Shown: positions 10,243 to 19,348 of the stretch, piece by piece
How positions within the stretch are numbered: position 1 is the stretch's first letter
How the letters are laid out: every line of letters starts with the position of its first letter
Virus record (IMG/VR): IMGVR_UViG_3300047494_000100
Span: 1-64,000 of that record
From: a virus
Strand: one strand, 5' to 3'
Length of the DNA stretch: 64,000 bases
The notes under the pieces: generated by a model
Told to the model about the DNA's origin: nothing
What the model saw: the letters and a program-made list of their open reading frames with translations, nothing else
Database searches by the model: none
Made by a program: the position numbers and the translations under genes

Positions 10243-12009
10243 TTATGTTTCTGCCTGTTCAATTTCTATCCATGCACCATTGAGCGCAGTGGGTGAGGGT
10301 ATAGACCACGAAAGCTCAAACACCCTATCACGTGCCATGCCTAAGCGCCAATATTTTATATTGGTGAGGTAGTTTCCTTCGGCACCCATCGTCTGCTGCA
10401 CGTAGTTACCGTATGTCTTGCCGCGATCATCACTGTACCGCATGTTTAATACGGGTGGGTATACATCCGTTGTCCCAGGATAACTTGCGTCTGAATTTTC
10501 TCTGGCGACAGCCATATCCGCAATGAAAGAAACATACGTCACACGATTCGAATTTTCCATCATGTGTGGAAAGCTACGGATCCGAGGCACTGTGATAACT
10601 GTTTGGAAGGTAGTTTCGTCGTATGAACTATCTAAAGATAGTTCATACAACGAACCATCTTGCCAATCCCCCACCAACGAAATTCCATTGGCATACACAT
10701 GGTCATTTGCGCGAATGCGATGTAGATTACCTTGGGCATCCATCCAGGCACGTTGGTGCCAAAGCCCAGTGGCTTCGTCGTATACCCAGGTCGCGTCTGC
10801 TGTGGGGAACGTTAACACTATAAAAGTGTGGCCTTCCTGTTGATAGGTAAACCCAATGGCATCAGAAACGGTGCTGTAGCTAGACCAAATTGACTCAATG
10901 GCATGGGTAGAAATTCGGTGCACATTATATTCTGCACCCTTTAAGAAAATAATCTGTCCCTGGCGATCTTGGCTTAAGAAATACACACAAAGATCTTGGG
11001 CGCATAGACTATACTTCGCGATACAGCCCTGTTCCATGAACGCACCAGGCAATGCCTGAAAGGGAAAGTCCGCAGCACCAGCATCATACCAAACTTCGGT
11101 TGTGCGTTGACCCACCAGCCAAATCTCACGGTGCATAACTATAAGGCTCTCTATCCAATCCGGAGAACCATCTTTGGCAGCGATGTACAACGGGTTAAAC
11201 CCACCGCCAACACCTGTGATTTCGTACACAAAGCCTGAACCAGAAGCTCCAATAATTGAGGAAGGAGCAGAAAGTAGATCCCCAACTACATAATTCTGAC
11301 CAGCATCTGCATTGGTAGGGAACACAATTCCAGTAACTGCACCACCGGAAACGGTCACCGTTGCAACTGCGCCTGCTCCAGTTCCACCTGTCAAATAGAC
11401 GCCTGTGTACGTTCCGTCTGTGTACATTGTACCTGGGGTAGAAATAATCCCATTTAAAACAGAACCAAAAACGCTGGACATCAATGCAAAGTTGACATTT
11501 GAGAGAGTAGCATAGAAAAAGAACGTTCCTGGTCGATTGAAAATAAAGAACGTATCAATGTAGTCTACTTTATCCGCCCCAAAAAATGGGCCTTGTGCGC
11601 TGCCAGGGATAGTGGCAAATTGCAATGTGGTGAGATCTAGAACATAGCCGTTTGTTGAACCATCCACAATGACAAGAACAATACCATTGTCCGACATGCT
11701 GACGAGGTTAGTGCGTGAACCAACAAGGGTGCCTAGTTCAGCTCCAAAAGTTGCTCCGGAGGAATCTGCATTCAACAGGAATAGTTTTTGCCCATAAACT
11801 CCGAACACCGCGCCTGTGCTGGCACGAAACTTCCCACGAGAAACACTATTTGTGGTAAAATCCTGTAGTAAGATTCCAGGAGTATGGTAGTGGGTAACAG
11901 GGAACTTCGCTTCAGGAGGATTCTTTTCAGGGTATAGGTTAATGCATTTTTGTGCATCTGCGATCAAGCTTTTAGCTTGATAGGCTCCAGAAGTCAAAGC
12001 AACTTTCAT
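10243..12009 (-). CDS. Tail hub / packaged-DNA stabilisation-like protein
   Basis: 588 aa. The N-terminus SGAYQAKSLIADAQKCINLYPEKNP recalls the phage stabilisation protein family. Position fits. Confidence 0.45.
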   Translation of the reverse strand: MKVALTSGAYQAKSLIADAQKCINLYPEKNPPEAKFPVTHYHTPGILLQDFTTNSVSRGKFRASTGAVFGVYGQKLFLLNADSSGATFGAELGTLVGSRTNLVSMSDNGIVLVIVDGSTNGYVLDLTTLQFATIPGSAQGPFFGADKVDYIDTFFIFNRPGTFFFYATLSNVNFALMSSVFGSVLNGIISTPGTMYTDGTYTGVYLTGGTGAGAVATVTVSGGAVTGIVFPTNADAGQNYVVGDLLSAPSSIIGASGSGFVYEITGVGGGFNPLYIAAKDGSPDWIESLIVMHREIWLVGQRTTEVWYDAGAADFPFQALPGAFMEQGCIAKYSLCAQDLCVYFLSQDRQGQIIFLKGAEYNVHRISTHAIESIWSSYSTVSDAIGFTYQQEGHTFIVLTFPTADATWVYDEATGLWHQRAWMDAQGNLHRIRANDHVYANGISLVGDWQDGSLYELSLDSSYDETTFQTVITVPRIRSFPHMMENSNRVTYVSFIADMAVARENSDASYPGTTDVYPPVLNMRYSDDRGKTYGNYVQQTMGAEGNYLTNIKYWRLGMARDRVFELSWSIPSPTALNGAWIEIEQAET

Positions 12010-12704
12010 TCAAATTTATAAGGAAAATCTCCTACATGAGTAACTGCTTTAGTAAGATCATGATCGCACCAGAATTTTAATCCTGCGGCCTTCATCTTAC
12101 GGAAGAAGTAGTGATCTTCGCCTACATACCCTCCCTGTCCAAAGTTTAATTCAGGATTCCAAAGCACCTCAAAATGAGGCTTAGGAATATTGCGAATTGC
12201 ATCGAGTTTAATAAGTGTGCAGGCCAATGTGCCAAAAGAAACCTCTTCCAGCCCCGTTTTACCTGCGGAATTTATACGTTTTTGGTTTTCTACGTCTAGG
12301 CAAACACCACTCAATTTTCCTGGTGTCTTTTGTGCGACATTCGCGAACACAACATCTTTATCACGTCGCATCAATCTGTGCACAGTATCATATGGAAATT
12401 CCATATCATCGTCTGCTAAAAACAGATGGGTGTAGTTTCCCGCGAAAGCAAAATCTAATTTACGTTGGCGCGCAGCCGAGATTAAAGACTCCGCCACTCC
12501 GCCCATGACATCGAGTTGAGTGAGGCCAATTTCAAAACCTTTATGGATTAAGTACCCAGTAATATTTACTAAGCTTATATTGGTCTGTGGTTTTATATCC
12601 CGTGAGGAACAAACCACAATGGCAAGACGAACATCTTGTGGGTGTTCGTCTTTGACTTTTTCCCCTATTTTTAAGACGGTGTCAAATTCCATTAAGTCTT
12701 TCAA
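12006..12704 (-). CDS. Glycosyltransferase (GT-A fold, DxD)
   Basis: LFLADDDMEFPYDTVHRLM is a DxD motif. N-terminal beta-strand AIVVCSS. Confidence 0.5.
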   Translation of the reverse strand: MKDLMEFDTVLKIGEKVKDEHPQDVRLAIVVCSSRDIKPQTNISLVNITGYLIHKGFEIGLTQLDVMGGVAESLISAARQRKLDFAFAGNYTHLFLADDDMEFPYDTVHRLMRRDKDVVFANVAQKTPGKLSGVCLDVENQKRINSAGKTGLEEVSFGTLACTLIKLDAIRNIPKPHFEVLWNPELNFGQGGYVGEDHYFFRKMKAAGLKFWCDHDLTKAVTHVGDFPYKFE

Positions 12705-13332
12705 TTATACTAGGGAGTTCATATCGCTTAAAATTTTCAAACGCCACACGATCTACCGCTCTATTGGGTTGGTTTTCGTAGGTTGCGTCTTGAACCGCAT
12801 TACCATTCGAAGGATGAAGATGTTCTACTAAAACATCTGGAAGATATGCTTCAATACTTAGGCTGTGTGTAATTAATTTCCAGGCGTTGTCTGTGTACCA
12901 ATGCTTTATCCCAGGAGGACACCACCAGCCAAGCCCACGTATTAAATCCCCACCAAAAAAGGGGAATGTTGGCATGCTGCCATTTATAAAGCCATCCGCA
13001 GGCCAAGATACTTTATTGGGAAGACAAGCATCTCTGAGCTTTATGTCCCAATGTTTCGTTTTAGGGACACAGTCGTCAGACACCATCCCATAGAAATCTT
13101 CATTAGGAAAAGCATTGAAGATTAAATTATAAATGTCCCCAAGCTTTGTGCCCGTAGGGACACAGACGGTTTTAAAATTATCGGGGAGGCCAATGTTGTC
13201 GTATTTAACTGCATCCGCCTCATCAAACACCACATGAACAGGTAGTGTTGCATCTGTCAAATAATAATGTGTGACGAAACGTTTAAGGCTTAGAGGACGT
13301 CCGAGGGTGGGGAGTATTATCATAAGCCCCAC
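12682..13332 (-). CDS. Glycosyltransferase-like protein
   Basis: MIILPTLGRP start and a GMVSDDCVP acidic motif. Adjacent to the GT above. Confidence 0.35.
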   Translation of the reverse strand: MGLMIILPTLGRPLSLKRFVTHYYLTDATLPVHVVFDEADAVKYDNIGLPDNFKTVCVPTGTKLGDIYNLIFNAFPNEDFYGMVSDDCVPKTKHWDIKLRDACLPNKVSWPADGFINGSMPTFPFFGGDLIRGLGWWCPPGIKHWYTDNAWKLITHSLSIEAYLPDVLVEHLHPSNGNAVQDATYENQPNRAVDRVAFENFKRYELPSIIERLNGI

Positions 13333-13366
13333 TATAAATTATAGTGGGGCTTATGAACAATCAACT

Positions 13367-14332
13367 TTAGTTCAACGCATTAATCGTGAAAAGATTCAAG
13401 TTAATATCGCTAGTGGCAGTGGCAGCATTACCCGTGACAGCAACCAGAATCGCCGCATTTTCCGTAGCTGTGGGGAACACAGGAGCACCAACACCAGCTT
13501 CAACAGCACCAGAAGTTGCGCGGATCTGCTGAGCATACTGCGTGTTAGAGTTGGCCGCACCAAACTTATAGGCAGTGGCCAAGAGTTCCCAACCCGTTCC
13601 CGACTGGGTCAACGCGCCTGTCGTAGCAATCGTTGTACCGCCAGTGACTGTCGAACCTACCACAGCGGCAGAAGGATTGAAAATCAACTTAACAGTTTTA
13701 GTATTGGCTGTGCCGCCATATCCACCAGCGCCCTGCACTATGATACCTTTGCCGGCAGCACTGAATGAATTAGCAGGAAGACTAAATACCGCAAGTACAT
13801 AGTCACCACCAGTGGCAGAAGGTTCGTTGGCTGTCGCGCCGTACACGCCTGCAAAAATGTTGCCTTCAGGGCCGAAGGCGGCTGTACCTGCCCCAAACGT
13901 GAAAGCAGATCCTGTTCCTACGTCAGAGAACCACACACCTGGCTTCATTGAATAGAAACTTGCCAAAACACCAGTAGCAATAGTTACTCCTGTTGCACCA
14001 GCAATTCCATTGATTGTGTCTGTAGTACCTTGTGCAGCATAGACCTGAAGCGGGTTTGCACCATTATTCTGGATCACCTGGAATTGGTAAGGAGTAGAGC
14101 GTGTCCCTTTACTCGAAGCAAGGTTTACACCCGTACCAGCAGCTACTGTGTCAACTTCATTAAGCACAGAAGTGAGAGGTGTTGCTGTAGCCTGGGTTGT
14201 GCCTGCCGCAGCAATAGCATACCCAGAAGAAACTGCATTGGCACTTACAATAGCATCGTAAATAGAACGTGCATCCGCAAGACGAAAGCCGGGATCTGGT
14301 TTAGTCATAAAAGGGGTTGGAAAAGTAGCCAT
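13367..14332 (-). CDS. Gly/Ala/Thr-rich virion structural protein
   Basis: 321-aa ORF between the adaptor-like gene and the GT pair. Confidence 0.5.
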   Translation of the reverse strand: MATFPTPFMTKPDPGFRLADARSIYDAIVSANAVSSGYAIAAAGTTQATATPLTSVLNEVDTVAAGTGVNLASSKGTRSTPYQFQVIQNNGANPLQVYAAQGTTDTINGIAGATGVTIATGVLASFYSMKPGVWFSDVGTGSAFTFGAGTAAFGPEGNIFAGVYGATANEPSATGGDYVLAVFSLPANSFSAAGKGIIVQGAGGYGGTANTKTVKLIFNPSAAVVGSTVTGGTTIATTGALTQSGTGWELLATAYKFGAANSNTQYAQQIRATSGAVEAGVGAPVFPTATENAAILVAVTGNAATATSDINLNLFTINALN

Positions 14333-14432
14333 ATAAATCTCCTATAAGTTGAATGATCCCAGTGGCTGAATGCCGCTAGGTGGTTGAAGGAACGGTGCTC
14401 TGTAGTTGAGAGCTACCCTGAGGCACGAAAGT

Positions 14433-15155
14433 TCAATACATGGTGTCCGAAAAAATGTTATAAATTCCGTCACGCACCAAAATTTTGGGAATTTGCAAAC
14501 GAGGTATTTGCAAATTCGCATTACGGATAACATTGAGTGCATCTTTTGCTAATCCATTCAGCGTAGGATCTGGCGGAAGCCTATATGCTTGTCGAAGCCT
14601 CAACGCAAGATTGAAGACTAGCGCGGCCATGTACTCAAGCGGCAAAATAATTTGCTGAGTAAGGCTTGTAAACTGACCCAGTGTTTCTTTTACTGTCAAA
14701 TGGAGTTCATAAATGCTTGCCTGAATAACTGGCCAAGGATAGGCAAGCCCAGTAGGAAATCCTGAATCATAGAACAAGTATTGTGGGAAAGTCTGAAGTT
14801 GTTTAAGTGCTATAAGATTATAGTCTTCGCGAGCAACAATAATTTCCAGAGGATAGTCAACCTGATTAGGTTGGGAATTCACAGTTTGACGGAAAAACGC
14901 AGACTCAATTTTATCGGGCCTTGGGTTGATGGGAAATTGCCCACCGGGGCCAACTGTGTAATTAATTTGACCTGTACCTGTACACGCATAGTCCACAAGA
15001 TGATAAATCAACCATCGCTTCCGCTGCCATTGGCCAAGCATAAACTGCATGTCGTTATACGCATCGTTCACGTCCTCGGCGAGCGCAGTCTGTCCCACTC
15101 CCAACACACCTGCCTTCTTTAACGCTGAAGTTATAATGTCGTTGGGAGTGGTCAT
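14433..15155 (-). CDS. Head-tail adaptor / tail tubular protein A-like
   Basis: The N-terminus NDIITSALKKAGVLGVGQTALAEDVNDAYNDMQFMLGQWQRKRW resembles the N-terminal pattern of T7 gp11 / P22 gp4-type proteins. Confidence 0.45.
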   Translation of the reverse strand: MTTPNDIITSALKKAGVLGVGQTALAEDVNDAYNDMQFMLGQWQRKRWLIYHLVDYACTGTGQINYTVGPGGQFPINPRPDKIESAFFRQTVNSQPNQVDYPLEIIVAREDYNLIALKQLQTFPQYLFYDSGFPTGLAYPWPVIQASIYELHLTVKETLGQFTSLTQQIILPLEYMAALVFNLALRLRQAYRLPPDPTLNGLAKDALNVIRNANLQIPRLQIPKILVRDGIYNIFSDTMY

Positions 15156-15178
15156 CTAATCTCTCGGGAGTTGTGATG

Positions 15179-15712
15179 TTATTCGCTCTTCGCCTCAGCC
15201 TCTGCGATTGCCGACTTTAAACGAGGTACACCCCAGATGCGACTTGCACTGGAGATGCCAAGTTCCTTCGCGCGGGCAACGAGTTCAGTTTTGTCATCCT
15301 CAAAGTTGGAGATTTCTTCAACTTTCTCGTCAGCTGCGGCGATCAATTTATTATGGATCCGTTCCTCAATTTCTTCGCCCTCGGGAGGAAGTTCATCCAC
15401 CGCAGCTTCGGCAGCAGAGATAACAGCTTGAAGCTTCAGCATGCTCCACTGCTTATTAATGGGGACACCCAACTCGCTTGCGCGGGCAATCAATATTTCT
15501 TTCTGCGGATCAACGGGGCCATGTGCCTTGGCTGCGAGTGCTTTCTCGCGAGCAACACCCAAGCTGTCCAGTAACTCGTTCTCCTCGCGCTGGCTACTCA
15601 CAATCTGGTAAGCGCCGTGTGGCCCAGTAGGGATGAGCTTCGGGTACTCCCGAAACTCGTAAGGAGGGAACTCCATATTCGCGTAAACTCCGCCTGTATT
15701 CTTATAAGCCAT
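15179..15712 (-). CDS. Protein with two HeH/Rho-N (SAP-like) motifs
   Basis: ARASELGVPINKQWSMLKLQAVISAAE and ARAKELGISSASRIWGVPRLKSAIAEAE. Confidence 0.5.
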   Translation of the reverse strand: MAYKNTGGVYANMEFPPYEFREYPKLIPTGPHGAYQIVSSQREENELLDSLGVAREKALAAKAHGPVDPQKEILIARASELGVPINKQWSMLKLQAVISAAEAAVDELPPEGEEIEERIHNKLIAAADEKVEEISNFEDDKTELVARAKELGISSASRIWGVPRLKSAIAEAEAKSE

Positions 15713-15765
15713 AAATAGATCTCCAATTGTAGAACGCCTCGTTGAGGGAACGAGTACCCTTTAGA

Positions 15766-15987
15766 TTATTTCTCTTTCCAATGTGGGAGTTGGTGCTCCT
15801 GTAGAATTTTTCTCTTAGCCGCCCGTTCTTGGGCTTCTTCATTTTTAAAGTTCTTTGAAATAAGTTGATTTATCTTCCTCAACTTTTCATGGGACTCACT
15901 GTATTTTCTTTTGTCCTCCTTATACTCAGGAGAAAACTTTATCGCATCGGGTGTCATCCCAACTTCATTGCGCGGATATTTCTGCAA
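15766..15987 (-). CDS. Small charged protein, C-terminal EHQLPHWKEK (motif-A family)
   Basis: The C-terminal 20 nt are identical to those at 23385 and 23633. Confidence 0.55.
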   Translation of the reverse strand: MQKYPRNEVGMTPDAIKFSPEYKEDKRKYSESHEKLRKINQLISKNFKNEEAQERAAKRKILQEHQLPHWKEK

Positions 15988-16102
15988 ATTTTTAGAATGT
16001 TCTCTGTTCTCAGCGTCTATTTTAGCTTGGATCTTCTCTAAAAATTGCCCAGGAAGTTTCCCTCCTGGGCAAAAGTTGCAGGAATTTATGAAGGCACGAA
16101 AA

Positions 16103-17089
16103 TTAAGTTGCTTTATGTCGCGTAATATAGGCGATCATATTTTGTATAATTGGGATTGAATCAAAGACTCTACCCAACGCAGTATTACATGAAGCACAAA
16201 TTAATCCGCGAATTGTCATGGTTGTGTGGCAATGGTCAACGGAAAGTCTTTGTTTTACTCCCCAGCGTTTTGATATTCTGGTTTCAGGTCTACCACATAT
16301 TTCACAAGGATGCTTAAGTCCAGTGCAGTTGTCTTGGAGATACTTAAGTTTGCTTTTGAAGTGGTAATGTATTTTAGTCGGACAGTGTGAGTGTTTTTGT
16401 AAGTAGTTTATTGCTGATTCTAAGAAGTTAATGTTTTCTTCCCAAAGACCAAGTGTTTGATTGCATGGTCTACAAAGCAAATCACGAAGCTTTTTTGTTT
16501 TGTGACAATGATCCATTGCAAGTCGAAGCGTCTTTTTACTTCTTTTACTAAATCCCGTTTCAGGCTTATTGCAAATCGCACACAGGCTGTTTTGAGCAGT
16601 GCGTTTTTCTAGATAGATTTTAGAATATGCATCAAGTGAAAGTCCTGTGTCTTTTAAAAGTTCACGAAATAAGATTCCATATTCTTTTAAAGAAGGTTTC
16701 AGCTTAATACGTTGCTGCCATCTTCTTGCATTCCACTCAGCTTCAGATTCATTTGGATCACGACGAATGTGTTCAACCCATTTATAATTATCTTTAGAAA
16801 ATGGCTTTGATCTATCTATTTTATAAAAATAGTGCTTTTTTGAAGGTCTTTCGCCAACATCTCTAACAAATTGCCAAAAATCATTGTGCCATTCTGGACA
16901 AAGACTTCCATAACCATGGCGTTCACGCCACACTTGGATAAGTGAGTGTTTAGTTTTACCAATATTTATTAGATCTGTTGTACCATGTCTGTACCATCTT
17001 TGATAATGATATGTACACCAACCTAGTGAGTCAATAGGTTTTCCGCAATTTTCAATTTTGCAGATTCCAATTATTTTCTTTCTCGGCAT
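16103..17089 (-). CDS. Homing endonuclease with two Endonuclease-VII/HNH modules
   Basis: CAICNKPE...LAMDHCHKTKKLRDLLCRPCNQTLG and CEICGRPE...LSVDHCHTTMTIRGLICASCNTALG. Confidence 0.8.
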   Translation of the reverse strand: MPRKKIIGICKIENCGKPIDSLGWCTYHYQRWYRHGTTDLINIGKTKHSLIQVWRERHGYGSLCPEWHNDFWQFVRDVGERPSKKHYFYKIDRSKPFSKDNYKWVEHIRRDPNESEAEWNARRWQQRIKLKPSLKEYGILFRELLKDTGLSLDAYSKIYLEKRTAQNSLCAICNKPETGFSKRSKKTLRLAMDHCHKTKKLRDLLCRPCNQTLGLWEENINFLESAINYLQKHSHCPTKIHYHFKSKLKYLQDNCTGLKHPCEICGRPETRISKRWGVKQRLSVDHCHTTMTIRGLICASCNTALGRVFDSIPIIQNMIAYITRHKAT

Positions 17090-17202
17090 ATCTACTCCTC
17101 ACTAAAGTTGTTAAACGAATAAACACATCGTATAAAAACTTAGTGAGGAAAGATATCTTTATTTTAGACCAGAGTAACTTTAGATTTTACCGAAATTATT
17201 CT

Positions 17203-18342
17203 TTAGATAGAGTCGCATACCGACACGATCCATTCCGGACGAACGTACAAGAACCCATAGAGCACATCTAAACGTGTAATCAACTGATCTGTACCAACGG
17301 TATAATCAGTGATCATGCGCATCGAGATGTTGTCGAAGGATTCACGTGCACCTTCCACAATGCCCTGCTGCGGGAGAACCAGATCCGCAGTAGCCATCGT
17401 GATAGCTTCCGGCGTATAGGCAATATTCTTACGGAATATGCTGCTGGCGGGAGTGGCTAACAGAATGGTGGCACCATTGACAGGCGAGCTGTCAACAGTC
17501 TGGTACTGAACCTGAGGGCCACCAGCAACGCCAGTAGCAGTCGGAACAATAGCCGGATAGATAGAGAGCGACGTTGCACCACTAGCAGCAGCAGCGGTCA
17601 GAACGAACTGACGCAGCTGACCAGTGGTCTGTTTAGTGATACGGTTCACGGCATTCACGTTCGCAATGGTGATGATATCACCGAGCGCCAGCGTGCCCGT
17701 AATCGCATTGACAGTGAGCGTTAAGCCCGTCTGGCCTGCGCCGTTCACCGTACCAGCGGAAAACGTTCCAGTCGTGTGCTTAAGCACCGTCTGGTCCATC
17801 ATCCACTCAAACCCAATGGCCTGCGCCATTGTGCCTGTGGTGTACTGACGCGAAATGTCAGTAATCGGGTTAAGCAGACCAGTCAGTGAACCAACGGTAC
17901 GTGCCTGGGTAAACGGATCCTGAACAATCTTCCTGCGTCCAGTAGGAGCAGAATTAACGTCCAGCGTCGCACCCGCGTTCAAGAACGTAGTAAGAATCGG
18001 GCTGATAATGTTGCCGTTGGAATCCGTGTTGGACACCAAGTTGCAAACACCACCGTCAACACCGCTCATGATGTTGGAAGCCACGGCTCCGGCCAGGTTG
18101 TTGATGCAAGGAGCAAGAATCCGCTCCGAATAATCATCCAAGCTCAGTGTGCGATCAACGGAGCTGAACGAAACGTCCACGCCCTGCTGCGTCGCCACAA
18201 CGAGTGTGGTAGACTGTTCGGTTGTATCCTGGATCTGTGCGGCTGCACCCGTACGAACGGTAAAGTCGTTAGGGAGACGGATACGAAGCTGGGAACCAAT
18301 TTTGGCACCAACCTTGGCATACGAGTCATCATCGAGTACTTT
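17203..18342 (-). CDS. Major capsid protein (P22 coat-like), exon 3
   Basis: KVLDDDSYAKVGAKIGSQLRIRLPNDF... is typical of the coat family but lacks the first ~24 residues. The track ORF can only start at TTG 18345, with TAA in frame just upstream. Confidence 0.8.
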   Translation of the reverse strand, partial: KVLDDDSYAKVGAKIGSQLRIRLPNDFTVRTGAAAQIQDTTEQSTTLVVATQQGVDVSFSSVDRTLSLDDYSERILAPCINNLAGAVASNIMSGVDGGVCNLVSNTDSNGNIISPILTTFLNAGATLDVNSAPTGRRKIVQDPFTQARTVGSLTGLLNPITDISRQYTTGTMAQAIGFEWMMDQTVLKHTTGTFSAGTVNGAGQTGLTLTVNAITGTLALGDIITIANVNAVNRITKQTTGQLRQFVLTAAAASGATSLSIYPAIVPTATGVAGGPQVQYQTVDSSPVNGATILLATPASSIFRKNIAYTPEAITMATADLVLPQQGIVEGARESFDNISMRMITDYTVGTDQLITRLDVLYGFLYVRPEWIVSVCDSI

Positions 18343-18621
18343 CAAGAAGCTTCGTTAAAACTTCTCCGCTTTTTAAAGCTGCTGTAAGTTTCCCTACAGA
18401 TAAGACTATATCATCATCTTTCGATGTTCTGTGCTTCGAGGCACTTGCCCCTACTCCCCGAAGGGATAGTCGTTGAACCTTCCGCAGTTAAGCGGCTCGG
18501 ATGCTGATTGTCCAATCCTAAATATTTTTAGCATTCACGTTTGCTTTTTAAAGCTGCGTTGTAGCTATTTAGGCTCTAAGGAGTTTCCAGCAGTTCTCAG
18601 AATTTACAACAGCAAATGACT
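18343..18621 (-). mobile_element. Group I intron A (minus strand), ~279 nt
   Basis: P1 is exon CAACAGU paired with GCUGUUG, with a U-G wobble at the splice site. Core reads GGUUCAACGACUA followed by a CCC-UUCG-GGG tetraloop hairpin. It ends in G before AAAGTA. Homologous to intron B, with compensatory changes. Confidence 0.65.
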
Positions 18622-18670
18622 ACTGTTGGTCAATATTCTGGATAACATATTCACAAATACTGACTTAATG
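18622..18670 (-). CDS. Major capsid protein exon 2 (49 nt)
   Basis: CATTAAGTCAGTATTTGTGAATATGTTATCCAGAATATTGACCAACAGT joins in frame to give ...IIKSVFVNMLSRILTNS-KVLDDD. The 5' boundary is approximate. Confidence 0.5.
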
Positions 18671-19100
18671 CCCTTATCCTTTAAGGCATTCAATTATCTT
18701 TATCGTTTATTGACAAAACACCAATGCTTAGAAGGTAGTGTTTTTCCAGAGACGGACGGCTTCACGCGTGATCATATTTCGGTAATTCAATAGGTTACGT
18801 TACTTCCTATCAGCCTTTCGGGCATCTATACATTTCTATATAGAGTAGACCATATCATCATTCTTTTTAGAATGCTCTGTGCTTCGGGACACTTGTCCCT
18901 ACTCTACTCACTTCCACCTTGCGGTGTGTTTTCGATGGTCGTTGAACCTTCACCCATACGGTGCTCGGCTGCGGGTTATCCAATATTTTGTTTTCTTAGA
19001 GCATTCACGCTTGCCTTTTCAAGCTACGTTGTAGCAACAAAATCTTTAGGAACTTCTCGCAATTCTCAGAGTTTTTTATCCTTACCACAAATATTAATAA
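18671..19100 (-). mobile_element. Group I intron B (minus strand), ~430 nt
   Basis: P1 is exon CUUACCAU paired with GUGGUAAG, with a terminal U-G. Core reads GGUUCAACGACCA followed by a CACC-GCAA-GGUG hairpin. The P8-like hairpin covaries between introns (CCGC/GCGG in A, CACC/GGUG in B). Confidence 0.6.
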
Positions 19101-19123
19101 ATGGTAAGTATACTATTAGCCAT
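19101..19123 (-). CDS. Major capsid protein exon 1 (23 nt, MANSILT-)
   Basis: ATGGCTAATAGTATACTTACCAT is preceded by AAAGGAAAC 8 nt upstream. MANS.LT is a typical coat N-terminus. In unspliced DNA a stop follows after 9 codons. Confidence 0.6.
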
Positions 19124-19297
19124 GTATTGTTTCCTTTATGCTGTTAGCCCAATGGGCTAAACAAGTGTTGATAAAAATAAAAATGAGAGACCAACAGCAG
19201 AAATAATTTTTAAAGAGCAGCAATCTGGTCTTTTTACACAGCGCCTATCTTGTGTGCTCAACGGCAAGCATGTCTTTTTTCACTGACAAGAAAGTGA

Positions 19298-19325
19298 TTG
19301 TCTTTAAGTTAGTAATAGATATGAT
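19298..19325 (+). promoter_or_regulatory. Sigma70-like promoter TTGTCT-N16-TATGAT for the GIY-YIG gene
   Basis: The hexamers and spacing were read directly. About 23 nt upstream of ATG 19349. Confidence 0.35.
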
Positions 19326-19348
19326 AACCCTTAAGAAAGGATTATTTT

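Noticed and set aside
15776-15797. The 20-22 nt string CACCAACTCCCACATTGGAA (also at 23395 and 23643) considered as a phage RNA-polymerase promoter or other nucleic-acid signal.
   Set aside because: More diverged copies (24389, 24195, 24850, 22760) keep the encoded peptide EHxxP(H/Y)W but not the nucleotides. No single-subunit RNAP gene is seen in the window. It is kept only as a peptide motif that also provides an SD and overlapping start.
18872-19147. Plus-strand ORF (91 aa) and other short frames between 18346 and 19348.
   Set aside because: It overlaps the intron B core and exon 1 on the opposite strand. It has no SD, and the region shows RNA-type covariation rather than coding conservation.
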